Notes under the pieces: generated by a model | Databases searched by the model: none | Told to the model about the DNA's origin: nothing | Seen by the model: only the letters and a program-made list of their open reading frames with translations | Part shown: one piece after another, positions 38,628 to 48,500 of the stretch | Numbering within the stretch: position 1 is the first letter of the stretch | How the letters are laid out: every line of letters starts with the position of its first letter | Made by a program: the position numbers and the translations under genes | NCBI GenBank assembly: GCA_963828195.1 | Contig: CAWHDT010000005.1 | Location: 416,001-480,000 of the forward strand | DNA: 64,000 nt | Reading direction: 5' to 3' | Source: Candidatus Bathyarchaeota archaeon | Lineage (GTDB): Archaea > Thermoproteota > Bathyarchaeia > Bathyarchaeales > Bathycorpusculaceae

Positions 38628-39968
38628 CTAAGCCTTAAAAAAATCCGATATTTTCTTTTGGAACAGCGCACGCTTTAAAAGTTCGCTTTGCAGTATCCAT
38701 CTTTGAATCGGGATTTCGAATCTTCCGCTAATGAACTGCAAGGATTCAGCGAGGTTTTTGAAAAGAAACGGTTTTTGCCGCATTGCGTTCCTCACGTTTT
38801 CCCGCACTTGCCAGACGCCAATGGGCATAATGTACCCCGGTCGAGCTTCTCTGAGCACGATGGCGGTTGCTTGGCGCTGCTCTTTGACTAATTGCTCGCA
38901 AACTGCAAGACGCGCCGAATAGTAGCAGCCGCCTATCTGCGCGTAAGTGGTTCTTCCAGCGTTGCCTTCCCAATCAGAAAAAATCGCTACGCTTTTCCCA
39001 TTAGGGTTCCAAACGGTGCCTGGATACCAAGCTTCCATAGACTCGTAGCTCCACTGCTGCGGAATCATCAAAATCTCAAAAACGTTATCCATGTAGATTG
39101 ACTCGTAAACTCTGTACTCGTTGATTTCGCGAAAAGTCTTCACTTTTTCCCTGAGGCTTTTGGAGATGGTGTCATCGACAGCTGTTATGCTCCACCTTGT
39201 AGGAACCAACCGCCTGTTTTTTTCCAGTCCGAAGGCGCCGACGCTGAAGGCTTTCTGAATCTTCGTAACCATGACTCCGCGGTCGTAGAGTTCCAAAACT
39301 GCATTCTTAGCCCGCAAATCCGTATCATAATACGCCTTCTCAATCTTGTCATCGTACCGGGCGTTGCCCACGTGCAGGTCTCGGATGGGGGCTGAAGGAC
39401 CAAAGGGTTGAACATTATCGTCAAGAAAAATTGACCCCCGAGGCTTTTTTGTAAGGTTCAATTCTATGTCTACGCTGCTGTCTGCAAGGGCTAACTCCCG
39501 CGTTTGATCCAGGATTTTCCCCGCATCCATAAACTTCTGCACGTTAACCCGATGTTTACCGCGCACAAGCATGCTTCGGAAGCCAACAATTTCATCCATA
39601 GATTTCCCAAACCAACGTTCAGGCAAATCGTAGATGCTGGTGTCTTCATGTATAGGCGGCACAAGGGGTCCCGCGTAAACGTTGGGGTAGCCGATTCGTC
39701 CAATGAAAACGCTTGGCGGAGACATGCCGTTGATGTCTTCGGTCGCCATCAGCGGCACGCTTTTGAGGAAATAGTTGACTTTAACCATGATTGGGCAACG
39801 GGTTTTTCCGCATAGATTCCTGGCGCCTTTGCACAGGACACATAAGCTGTCGTCTCTGGCTCGGGTAACAATTTGGTCATTAACCTGCGAGTTGCTGTTT
39901 TTCAGGATGTCTTTTAACCAGTTTTCTGAGGCATGAATGCTTTGGGGGAGTTTTGAAGTAATGGTCAT
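38628..39968 (-). CDS. nreA: Nre family DNA repair protein
   Basis: CxxCKG..LCG..CP, SPPSVFIG, LVPTRWSITAVD, C-terminal PIP box QKKISDFF. Confidence 0.93.
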   Translation of the reverse strand: MTITSKLPQSIHASENWLKDILKNSNSQVNDQIVTRARDDSLCVLCKGARNLCGKTRCPIMVKVNYFLKSVPLMATEDINGMSPPSVFIGRIGYPNVYAGPLVPPIHEDTSIYDLPERWFGKSMDEIVGFRSMLVRGKHRVNVQKFMDAGKILDQTRELALADSSVDIELNLTKKPRGSIFLDDNVQPFGPSAPIRDLHVGNARYDDKIEKAYYDTDLRAKNAVLELYDRGVMVTKIQKAFSVGAFGLEKNRRLVPTRWSITAVDDTISKSLREKVKTFREINEYRVYESIYMDNVFEILMIPQQWSYESMEAWYPGTVWNPNGKSVAIFSDWEGNAGRTTYAQIGGCYYSARLAVCEQLVKEQRQATAIVLREARPGYIMPIGVWQVRENVRNAMRQKPFLFKNLAESLQFISGRFEIPIQRWILQSELLKRALFQKKISDFFKA

Positions 39969-40055
39969 TTACATTTTCATGATGAATGCTTCAGCTTGAT
40001 ATGTTTTCCGCATAGCAAAATGTAAAAAAGACACAAATCCAACCTGCAGGCTTTC

Positions 40056-40640
40056 TTAACTTCCTCTAACGGAGGCTATCAACCGCGTTTTTCTTATTGC
40101 TTTTCTGATGGGCGGCGGCAACCCTAGCTTAATGACATCAGCGGTTTTCCATAGCCCATAAAGCCCCGGGGGCGCGGTGCTGGCGTCGATGATTTTCAAG
40201 TTACCGTTCACGACTCTTATGTTATCGCAGGTGATATCCAGCAAACCGTATTGGTAAGCTATGGCTCTAAGCTGAGCAATGTCTTCAGCTGGAACATCTG
40301 CTTCAACGCCGTATTCCTGCAGAAGACAATACTTGGTGTGCCAAAATAGCCTCGCGAAATAGGCATGTCTGATGCTCGGAGGCATTTTCTTGTAAGCTTC
40401 GTGGTCACGCTCTATTGAATCGGATCTCCCAACCTTTAACGCCAACTCATGGCTCTTATGCCGCAGAAAGAAAACAAGTTTATGCAAACCATAATTGCTC
40501 AAATGAGCCTCAGGAAAAATCGCTGTCACAATCTGCTCCAAATCTTTCATTGGGGCAAAACTGCCATTTTCTTTTTTTATGTACTCATCTATTGAGGCGT
40601 CCACAAGCTTGGCTTTTTCATGCAGCGATTTGAATTTCAC
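40056..40640 (-). CDS. hypothetical protein with a minimal protein-kinase-like pattern
   Basis: LALKV, LLQEY, DITCDNI, KIID. Confidence 0.6.
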   Translation of the reverse strand: MKFKSLHEKAKLVDASIDEYIKKENGSFAPMKDLEQIVTAIFPEAHLSNYGLHKLVFFLRHKSHELALKVGRSDSIERDHEAYKKMPPSIRHAYFARLFWHTKYCLLQEYGVEADVPAEDIAQLRAIAYQYGLLDITCDNIRVVNGNLKIIDASTAPPGLYGLWKTADVIKLGLPPPIRKAIRKTRLIASVRGS

Positions 40641-40761
40641 GCGTAACTCAAAGTTCTTGACGTAATTTTAGATATGTGACTGCTAAAACACAGCCACAAC
40701 GCAAAGACATGGCGTTACTCAGATTTGTAAAAACTCTTTTTGTTGCCACCAGATGTGGTTT

Positions 40762-41325
40762 TCAATGAAAGGTTTTGCCTTCCTCAAGCATATCAATAAT
40801 ATACTTTATCTTCGCACGCCTACTCTCAGCGCTTTTTGCGTTTTCAATCCTGAAAATAATTGCGTACCTGTTTAACTTGTTTATTGTTTTAAAGAAAGCT
40901 TTAGCTTTCAGATTTTTGTTTAGCTCTTTTACAAAATCTTCAGGCAACAGCGCATTTTTCTGTGGTTGATATGCCCTGTCCCACCTGCCATCTCGTTTTG
41001 CCTCTTCTATTTGTTTCATACCCTCAGGCTTCATTCTTCCTGCTCTGACTAGTTTTTCCGCGAGCTCCGTATTACGCTTTGACCATATGCTGTTTGGTCT
41101 TCGTGGAACATACTTTGCAATCCACGATTTATCATCACATGGTTTAGCCTGACCCGTTATCCAACCGTAGGAAAGGGCCACTTCAAGTGCTTCAAAGGTA
41201 GTTACTGACGCTACTCCAGAATCCTTCTTAAAATGGCGTATCCAAATGCCTTCAGAACTTGGATGGTTATCAGATAGCCAGTCTTCCCATTCTTTAGCCG
41301 ATTCGAACGTTAAAATATCGTCCAT
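40762..41325 (-). CDS. YdeI/OmpD-associated family protein
   Basis: EWEDWL, GWI.G, PRRPNSIWSKRN, AKRDGRW. Confidence 0.9.
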   Translation of the reverse strand: MDDILTFESAKEWEDWLSDNHPSSEGIWIRHFKKDSGVASVTTFEALEVALSYGWITGQAKPCDDKSWIAKYVPRRPNSIWSKRNTELAEKLVRAGRMKPEGMKQIEEAKRDGRWDRAYQPQKNALLPEDFVKELNKNLKAKAFFKTINKLNRYAIIFRIENAKSAESRRAKIKYIIDMLEEGKTFH

Positions 41326-41676
41326 ACATTAATCATGATTTGGCTTTAAAATATTAAGGTGCTTGACCAAACTCAAAGAGAAAGGTTTTGCGTAATTATA
41401 TAGTTAAATCGGTATATTGGAAAAATTTAAAATTCCAAGTTTCAAATTGTGATGAAGCCTTTTGCTGTTTGATTTCAGCTGTTATTTGCAACTCATCTAA
41501 AACTACTTCCTGCATAAGGTCTACGCGTTAATTTTCAAGTAGAGATAGCCATGTTCACCACCGTTTCATTCATTATTTTGGAAAGAAAAAAATTACCATA
41601 ATAAGTCAAAGCTAAATACGGTTTAATCCTTTAATATTTAAGCTGAAACCTCAATAAGAATAATGGTGAGAGTTAA

Positions 41677-41976
41677 ATGCAAAAGCTTGAAGACATAAGA
41701 GCCAAACTGGAAAAGCTCAAGCCAGTCCTAAAAGAGCGATACCAAGTGGAAACCATAGGGTTCTTTGGTTCCTATGCCCGCGGAGAGCAAAACAAAAAAA
41801 GCGACGTGGATGTTCTTGTGGAGTTTTCTCAGCCCAACACGATTGACCTCTTAGACTTCATTGAGCTTGAAGAATTTTTAAGCAAAAAACTCGGGATCAA
41901 AGTAGATCTAGTTACGAAAAATGCTCTTAAGCCAATGATTAAAGACCAGATATTGAAAGAGACGATTTATGCTTGA
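41677..41976 (+). CDS. minimal nucleotidyltransferase (MNT) antitoxin
   Basis: FGSYARGEQ...SDVDVLV. Confidence 0.93.
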   Translation: MQKLEDIRAKLEKLKPVLKERYQVETIGFFGSYARGEQNKKSDVDVLVEFSQPNTIDLLDFIELEEFLSKKLGIKVDLVTKNALKPMIKDQILKETIYA

Positions 41977-42323
41977 AGCGAACCTATCGGCTTTATCTAA
42001 ACGATATTTTGGAAGCCATAGAAAGAATAGAAAACTATGTAGAAGGAAGGACTTTCGAGGAATTCTCGAAGAATACTCTTGTTATAGATGCCGTGGTGAG
42101 GAATTTTGAAATTATCGGCGAAGCAACAAAACACATACCTTCAGAAGTAAAGTCAGAACATCCGCTTATTAAGTGGAAAGAAATGGCGGGGATGCGAGAT
42201 AAATTGGCTCACGAATATTTTGGGGTAAACATCGAGATTCTGTGGAAAACAGCAAAGAACCGTTTGCCTGTTTTAAAGCCCTTAATCGAAGAGCTTTCAA
42301 AAAATAGTGAAGAAACAATGTAA
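41973..42323 (+). CDS. HEPN (DUF86) toxin
   Basis: EIIGEA and RDKLAHEY (RX4HXY). Confidence 0.93.
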   Translation: MKRTYRLYLNDILEAIERIENYVEGRTFEEFSKNTLVIDAVVRNFEIIGEATKHIPSEVKSEHPLIKWKEMAGMRDKLAHEYFGVNIEILWKTAKNRLPVLKPLIEELSKNSEETM

Positions 42324-42371
42324 GGACAATAATTGGATTATAGTTCTGGTTTAATCATTCGAAATGACTGT

Positions 42372-43541
42372 TTAATGTTTCGCATAATAATCTGCTACAG
42401 CCTTAAACGACTCTTTAGGCTCCCACGGCAGATCCGGATATGTCACTCCGTGCTCGCCCAGCGGACCTGAAAAAACATCCAGAACGTGAGGGTCGAGGTC
42501 CACCCCCAATATTTCCTTAGCCCCGCGAATGGCCTGTCTCCTGAACTCCGCCTCAGTTTCTGCCTCGGGGAAGCTCTTCACCAAGCTAAAGTTCGCCATG
42601 TCGGCATCGTACCTGGGGTCCGAGCGGTATGGGGAGTTAGGAACCACGAAGGTGTGCACGAAGGCACCTTCAACCCCCGCTGCGTCAAGCACCCCCAACT
42701 GATCAGCTATCTCCCGTGCCTGGAGCTCCTCGTCACGGATGTAGTGCCCGTCAGCTCGGGGCGGAACATGCGCCATATTCAAGAACAACTTAGGAAACTT
42801 CTGGTTTGGCCCGAGGAGACCTTCCATCATCCCGAAGGTTATCATGAAGCCGCTGCCGCCGAGCAGGTCCGCGCCCCGGAAAGTGCAGCACCCGAACTCT
42901 CCTATGACGACAGGCTTGCCGAATGCTTTGTACTTGCTTATCATCTGCCCATAGGAGTCTTTGATCCGCGCGTCCCTGTAATGGTCTACTCCGACGAAAT
43001 CGAACGGTTTCCAGTTGACAGCTTCGAACGGTACGGAGAAGTAGGTCAGCGGACCACGGAACAACTTCGCGGCCTCGCTCAGACTCGACAGGTACGCATT
43101 AAGCGGGCTGTTATGCTTCCCAGCCATTATATCTCCCCAGAACGAGGGACGCAACATCCGGTCAAAGACGCTCTTGCCCTCGATAATCCCCTGAGAGAAG
43201 AGGGTCAGCTCAGAGCCCACACTGAAGACCAGCTTTCCAGGCCATTTTTGCCTCAACTCTTCTGCCGCCGCAGCAGCTTTAGTGATGTATTGAAGTGTTT
43301 CCTCTTGGCTTTTGTCCCACATTTCTGGCGAAAGCCACACTTCCAGACCCTGTTTTAAAGCGTCCTCGCCAGCAATCATCAGCCGGTCGATGTCGAGGCC
43401 ACAGATCCTTACGGCATTGCAGTGCAGGTCATTCTTGATGATCTCAAGTTCGCGGTTCACAACTCGTGCATCAAAGTTAGGGCGCCAATTAACTCCAAGC
43501 AAGACACGCCCCACATCATAGCAAACTCCTTTTCGTTTCAT
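42372..43541 (-). CDS. glycoside-hydrolase-like TIM-barrel protein
   Basis: GVCYDVG, LHCNAVRI, GSE, VDHY, GEFGCC; visibly GC-richer than its neighbours. Confidence 0.7.
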   Translation of the reverse strand: MKRKGVCYDVGRVLLGVNWRPNFDARVVNRELEIIKNDLHCNAVRICGLDIDRLMIAGEDALKQGLEVWLSPEMWDKSQEETLQYITKAAAAAEELRQKWPGKLVFSVGSELTLFSQGIIEGKSVFDRMLRPSFWGDIMAGKHNSPLNAYLSSLSEAAKLFRGPLTYFSVPFEAVNWKPFDFVGVDHYRDARIKDSYGQMISKYKAFGKPVVIGEFGCCTFRGADLLGGSGFMITFGMMEGLLGPNQKFPKLFLNMAHVPPRADGHYIRDEELQAREIADQLGVLDAAGVEGAFVHTFVVPNSPYRSDPRYDADMANFSLVKSFPEAETEAEFRRQAIRGAKEILGVDLDPHVLDVFSGPLGEHGVTYPDLPWEPKESFKAVADYYAKH

Positions 43542-43542
43542 A

Positions 43543-44160
43543 TCAGCTGCTCTCCTTCGTGTCGGGTTTGAGCATCCGCAAAATAATTTTTGCTTCAGGA
43601 AAATGCTTTTTTGCGTCCTCAGGGTTAAGCATGGTGGCTCTTTTCATTAATCCATTAATGCACGCCATTAGAGCAACCATTAACTGGTCAGGATCGTCAT
43701 TGGTGATTTCGCCCGTAGCTTGACCTTCAACGATAAGTTGACGAATAATGTCTTGGATAATTTTGCCATTCTTTAGAACAAGTTGTCGTAGTTCGCTAGG
43801 CGTTTTGTCGTCAGCTAAAACTTGGCTAAAAATTTGGGAAAATCCAGGGTTAGTTTTGTTTTCTGCTAATATGTATGAAATCAAGAGTGCAAGGCGCGTT
43901 CCTGGCGTCCCTTGTATTTGCTTAATACGTTCGGCTGGTCCGCCGCTGGATTCTGTCGCCTGCTTTATCAGGATGGTGAAGATTTCTTCTTTGCTTGCGA
44001 AGTACCGATACGCTAATCCTTGGCTGACGCCGGCTTCGGAAGCTACATCAGCTATTGTGGCGGCGCTGCCTTTTCTTGCAAAGACGTTTCGGGCTGCTGT
44101 GAGGATTTTTGCTCGCTGTTCTTCGCGGATTTGTTGGTTTGTTTCTTCTGTTCTCGGCAT
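43543..44160 (-). CDS. TetR/AcrR transcriptional regulator
   Basis: TIADVASEAGVSQGLAYRYFASKEE. Confidence 0.93.
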   Translation of the reverse strand: MPRTEETNQQIREEQRAKILTAARNVFARKGSAATIADVASEAGVSQGLAYRYFASKEEIFTILIKQATESSGGPAERIKQIQGTPGTRLALLISYILAENKTNPGFSQIFSQVLADDKTPSELRQLVLKNGKIIQDIIRQLIVEGQATGEITNDDPDQLMVALMACINGLMKRATMLNPEDAKKHFPEAKIILRMLKPDTKESS

Positions 44161-44265
44161 TTTTCAATGACCTTGCAGATGAATGAATTGTTCATTCATC
44201 TTATAAGGGTATCGCAACTTCAAAAATCAAAAAAAGAAACAAAACAGGAACTCAAGAGCCCAAAA

Positions 44266-44538
44266 CTAAGCAGGGTACACCCAATGCACTGACCTGTGCT
44301 GTCGGGTTCCCCAAATTACCCACATTAAACCGATCAGTAACCCAGCGATGGCCAATGAAACTATCGTCACTATAACGTTCTGAAATAGGCTGTAGCCTCT
44401 TGACCAGAAGAGGGCGTAGAAAAGGATGAATAAAAGCCAAGCTATTACGCCGACGAATGTAGATATGATGGGTGCGATGGGGCCTGCGTGCCTCCATTGA
44501 GGTTGGGAAGGTTCGGCGCTGGAAACATGATTTGCCAA
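44266..44538 (-). CDS. small two-TM membrane protein
   Basis: Two hydrophobic helices joined by YSLFQN. Confidence 0.7.
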   Translation of the reverse strand: MANHVSSAEPSQPQWRHAGPIAPIISTFVGVIAWLLFILFYALFWSRGYSLFQNVIVTIVSLAIAGLLIGLMWVIWGTRQHRSVHWVYPA

Positions 44539-44609
44539 TTTCGTTCACCTAAGGGTAAATGTCGATTTTTCGCTTATAAAACCATCGTTGGCTAAACCCT
44601 TCATCGCGA

Positions 44610-45614
44610 TTATACTGATTTGCTTTTTCTTAATGTCTCAACTGCTTTTTCCGCCCACTGATAATCTCTCCAAAACGCTCTGCCTACAGCCACCAAATCA
44701 ACTTTTCCCTCACTCACCAACCTATCTGCGAGTTCCGCCTCCCTGATTCCGCCCACACCAATTACGGGAACCATCACCGCCTTCTTGACCTCAATTGCCT
44801 GCGGAACAAAATAGCCCTTAATTTGACGCAGCTGCCTTGGTTCACTTCCGCACATGCCCCCTGACACGTCAACGATGTCCACGTCGGATTGCTCAAGCTT
44901 CTTTGCAAAAATAACGGAATCCTCAATATGAGTTCCATTAGGAGCCAAATCGTCAGAGCCTAATCTGTAGAGTAAAAGTTTGCCCTTGAGCCGTTCATGC
45001 ACCTTTTCAACCACAAGCAGGGGAAAACGCACCCGATTATCCAAAGAACCCCCGTATTTGTCATCTCGCTTGTTAAAAAGGGGCGAGTAGAACTGGTTAA
45101 GCAAGTAGCCGTGAGCTCCATGAACCTCAACCCCGTCAAACCCAGCCTTAACCGCACGTTCGGCAGCCAAAGCAAAGTCGTCGGCTAACGCTTCTATTTC
45201 GCTTATTTCTATCATTCGCGATTTCTCTCTGGGGGAGGGACCGGCGGGTTCGGCGCCGATGACTTTTTTGTTTGTAACCGCGCCGGCATGAGATATCTGT
45301 ATAACCGCAGTAGCATCGATCTCATGTAAAGCCTTTGCAAGCTTCTCAAGACCACCAATTAACGAGTCATCGTGGATTCCAAGTTGTTTTGGACCGATCT
45401 TTCCAGTCGGAGAAACATAAGCGTGCTCAACAATAGTTAAGCCTAAAGCAGCGGCACGTCGAACGTAAAAGTTGATCAGTTTGGTGGTTACGGCGCCTTC
45501 AAAATTTGCCCTGCCAGTCTGCATAGGAGGCAAAACAATGCGGTTCCGAAGAGTATACCCCTTCACTTTCAAAGGATCAATCAGCCCAGGCAAACACGAC
45601 ACCGTTTCAATCAA
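44610..45614 (-). CDS. NADH:flavin oxidoreductase (Old Yellow Enzyme family)
   Basis: LRNRIVLPPM, GFDGVEVHGAHGYLL, R.DKYGGS. Confidence 0.95.
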   Translation of the reverse strand: MIETVSCLPGLIDPLKVKGYTLRNRIVLPPMQTGRANFEGAVTTKLINFYVRRAAALGLTIVEHAYVSPTGKIGPKQLGIHDDSLIGGLEKLAKALHEIDATAVIQISHAGAVTNKKVIGAEPAGPSPREKSRMIEISEIEALADDFALAAERAVKAGFDGVEVHGAHGYLLNQFYSPLFNKRDDKYGGSLDNRVRFPLLVVEKVHERLKGKLLLYRLGSDDLAPNGTHIEDSVIFAKKLEQSDVDIVDVSGGMCGSEPRQLRQIKGYFVPQAIEVKKAVMVPVIGVGGIREAELADRLVSEGKVDLVAVGRAFWRDYQWAEKAVETLRKSKSV

Positions 45615-45756
45615 TGGGTGATACAGCGCTATAATAACATATCAATTAACCTGAATTTTTCTGTCACCCGTTGGGCAGTTAAATTGAATAAGCAAAACAA
45701 CGTGTCTTTGCTCAAAAAGTTTATTTTGCTTGTCAGTTTAATGATGAGTGATTGTT

Positions 45757-46524
45757 ATGGATATTCTCGAGGTTAAAGATTTGAGCGTTAAGGTTGAGGG
45801 AAAGCATATTCTCGAAGGAGTAACTTTCAACCTTAAGTGTGGCGAAAGCCATATTCTTTTCGGGCCCAATGGTTCTGGAAAAACAACCCTCATAAGCGCG
45901 CTTATGGGTCTTCCAACTTACGAAGCAACTGGCGGAACAATAAAGTTCGATGGAACCGACATCACAGCTAAGACTGTAGAGGAAAGAGCAAAGCTCGGGA
46001 TGGCTGTCAGCTTCCAAAATCCTCCTGAAATCACGGGTGTAAAGCTCGTGGACCTGTTGAAGCTTTGTCTTGGCAAGAAAACGGACGATTCCTTCAGCGC
46101 GGAGGAACAGCGGCTTATTGAAGTTTTCAGGTTAACCGACTTCTTAAACAGGGACCTCAACGTTGGATTCTCGGGCGGCGAAAGAAAACGCTCTGAAATT
46201 CTTCAGTTGATTTTCCTCAAGCCTAAGCTGCTGCTTCTGGATGAGCCAGACTCGGGTGTGGATGTGGAAAGCCTGAAGTTGATTGCCACTGAAATCGAGC
46301 GTTACGTAGAACAAAGCAAAAGCTCAGCGTTGATTATAACTCACAAAGGCGATATTTTGGAATATATTAAAGCGAAGTATGGATGCATCCTTTTAGATGG
46401 AAAATTTCACTGCTTTACTCATCCCATGAGCATCTATGAGGACATCAAAAAAGTGGGTTACGAAGAATGCGTAGCCTGCAGAAGAAGAACAGTAGGAGGC
46501 TGGAAAAATGACAGAAGAGAGTGA
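45757..46524 (+). CDS. sufC: Fe-S assembly ABC ATPase (SufC/SmsC)
   Basis: GPNGSGKT, FSGGERKR, DEPDSGVD, C-terminal CxxC. Confidence 0.92.
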   Translation: MDILEVKDLSVKVEGKHILEGVTFNLKCGESHILFGPNGSGKTTLISALMGLPTYEATGGTIKFDGTDITAKTVEERAKLGMAVSFQNPPEITGVKLVDLLKLCLGKKTDDSFSAEEQRLIEVFRLTDFLNRDLNVGFSGGERKRSEILQLIFLKPKLLLLDEPDSGVDVESLKLIATEIERYVEQSKSSALIITHKGDILEYIKAKYGCILLDGKFHCFTHPMSIYEDIKKVGYEECVACRRRTVGGWKNDRRE

Positions 46525-47632
46525 ATTAACAAGACTTCCGCATAAAATTCTTGAAGAAGCACAAAGGGCCGGCATTGAATCAGACGACAAGAATCGTTCA
46601 GGCACCTTTTTGCACTTAGACCAAACAACCGTGCAGGCTACAGTCAACGAGCTTTTTGAAGGAAAAATCGAGCTTATGGACATTAAGGCGGCGCTGAAAA
46701 AATACTCCTGGCTTAGCGATTACATGTGGAAAGTAGTTGACAAGAATAAAGACGAGTACACCAAAAAGGTAGCTGAAGACTACAGCGGAGGTTACTTCAT
46801 TCGGATTCTCCCAGGCGCTGAAGTCGCGTTTCCTCTCCAGTCATGCCTCCTTATAACGCAGAAAAATCTTGAACAAAAAGTTCACAACATAATAATAGCA
46901 GAGGAAAACTCAAATGCGCACATAATCACCAGCTGCCTCCAACACTCAACCGTTGCAAGCGCATCGCATCTGGGCATATCCGAAATCTACGTTAAAAAAG
47001 GAGCAATGCTCAACTTCACCATGATTCACCAATGGAGCGAGAACACGCTGGTGCGACCCCGAAGCGCCGCGGAAGTAGCTGACAAAGCCACGTTCGTATC
47101 CAACTACGTGTGTATGCGTCCTGTTAGGGATATTCAAATGTATCCTGCCGCATTCTGCAAAGGTGAGGATTCGCGGGTTAGCTTCAACAGCATCTTGTAT
47201 GGGCACAAAAATTCGCAGCTAGACATTGGATCAAAAGCTGTTCTGACGGGGAAAGGAAGCAAAGCGGAGATGGTTAGCCGCGCCATCTCGCGTGAAGGCT
47301 CAAAAATGATAATCAGAGGTATGATAGAAGGTGACAGTTCAGACTGCAAGGGTCATTTGGAATGCCGCGGCTTGCTGATGGATGACGAATCATTTATGCA
47401 GTCTATACCGGAGCTAATCGCAAAAAGGAAGGGTGTAGAGATCACCCATGAGGCAGCGGTTGGGAAAATCTCAGAAAAAGAAATCACCTATCTCATGACA
47501 CGCAAACTGTCGCGTGACCAAGCAGTTTCAGTGATTATACGCGGCTTCATGGATGTAGGCATACTTGGCTTGCCAGATGCATTAAACGCTGAGATTAAGA
47601 AAATAGTGGAAGCCTCTACGGAAAACACATAG
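46508..47632 (+). CDS. sufB: SufB/SufD-family Fe-S scaffold (SmsB-like)
   Basis: PLQSC, GHLECRGL, THEAAVGKI, IIRGF. Confidence 0.9.
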   Translation: MTEESELTRLPHKILEEAQRAGIESDDKNRSGTFLHLDQTTVQATVNELFEGKIELMDIKAALKKYSWLSDYMWKVVDKNKDEYTKKVAEDYSGGYFIRILPGAEVAFPLQSCLLITQKNLEQKVHNIIIAEENSNAHIITSCLQHSTVASASHLGISEIYVKKGAMLNFTMIHQWSENTLVRPRSAAEVADKATFVSNYVCMRPVRDIQMYPAAFCKGEDSRVSFNSILYGHKNSQLDIGSKAVLTGKGSKAEMVSRAISREGSKMIIRGMIEGDSSDCKGHLECRGLLMDDESFMQSIPELIAKRKGVEITHEAAVGKISEKEITYLMTRKLSRDQAVSVIIRGFMDVGILGLPDALNAEIKKIVEASTENT

Positions 47633-47786
47633 CGCACAAAGGTATGAAGTAAACCGAAACGGGCAAAGCGCAGAAGCCTGCCCACCCATATTTTATTCCC
47701 TAAAGTGGCCGCTAACGTTTGTTGTTCTTGGTTGAGACAACAAGTTTTCATATAGTTTAACTGGCATAATAAGCAAGTTGACTTTC

Positions 47787-47936
47787 ATGATTTCGTGTTG
47801 CCACAGAGTGCATTGCTCAAAATGCGGAAATGAGCTTACTAAACCCGACAAAAAACTGGAAAACTCCGTCTTCTACGTAGCGATTTACACATGCAATAAG
47901 TGTGGAACATCAGTTAAGTATTCTAAATCTTTTTAA
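47787..47936 (+). CDS. 49-aa zinc-ribbon microprotein (below the ORF-track cutoff)
   Basis: MISCCHRVHCSKCGNEL...YTCNKCGTSVKYSKSF*: two CxxCG knuckles. Confidence 0.6.
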   Translation: MISCCHRVHCSKCGNELTKPDKKLENSVFYVAIYTCNKCGTSVKYSKSF

Positions 47937-48149
47937 CTATTTTGAATCATGTTTCACTAACTCGTGTTCTTGGCTGTAAAAACCGGGGTTCCATAAATAA
48001 CAGGGTTTCGGGCACCAAATAAATAGATTAAGGGGCGAGGACTCAGAAGCTAGCAATTTTGTGCTTTGTTGCTTCAGGTTGCGACAACATTAATTTTTAT
48101 TCCATGAAAACAATGATTTGATGAACACAGAAGGGCGCACCCATTTTAG

Positions 48150-48255
48150 GTGGGTCTGGCTGCTAAAACCGATAAGGTTTTTCTTGTCTCCTTCAAGTTT
48201 TTTCCTTATCGATTTCAGCACTCGGCTAGACCCACTTAACCAAACTTTTTGCCTA
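48150..48255 (+). ncRNA. candidate structured ncRNA, copy B
   Basis: Same stem/bulge/loop architecture and flanks as 27973-28070. Confidence 0.55.
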
Positions 48256-48302
48256 AGCCAATTTTATTTAAAACCGCTTAGCTTTGGAAAATAGAAAGGT
48301 TT

Positions 48303-48380
48303 TGGCGCCCAGGCCGGGATTTGGACCCGGGTCCTGCGGGCGACAGCCGCATATACTGGACCAGACTATACTACCTGGGC
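48303..48380 (-). tRNA. tRNA-Asp(GTC), CCA encoded
   Basis: Cloverleaf: acceptor GCCCAGG/CCTGGGC, anticodon arm TGCGG-CTGTCGC-CCGCA, T arm CCGGG-TCCAAAT-CCCGG. Confidence 0.95.
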
Positions 48381-48500
48381 ATAAGCGCCGCATCAATACA
48401 CGATAATTTAACTAATTAATCTTTTCTAAAAATTGATTTAAACACTAATTAAGAAACCGCTCTCCTGCCGTTCACCAATTGAAAAAAACTTTAAACATGA

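Noticed and set aside
42486-43358. 290-aa + strand ORF
   Set aside because: Antisense shadow of the GC-rich hydrolase gene, with no recognisable motifs.
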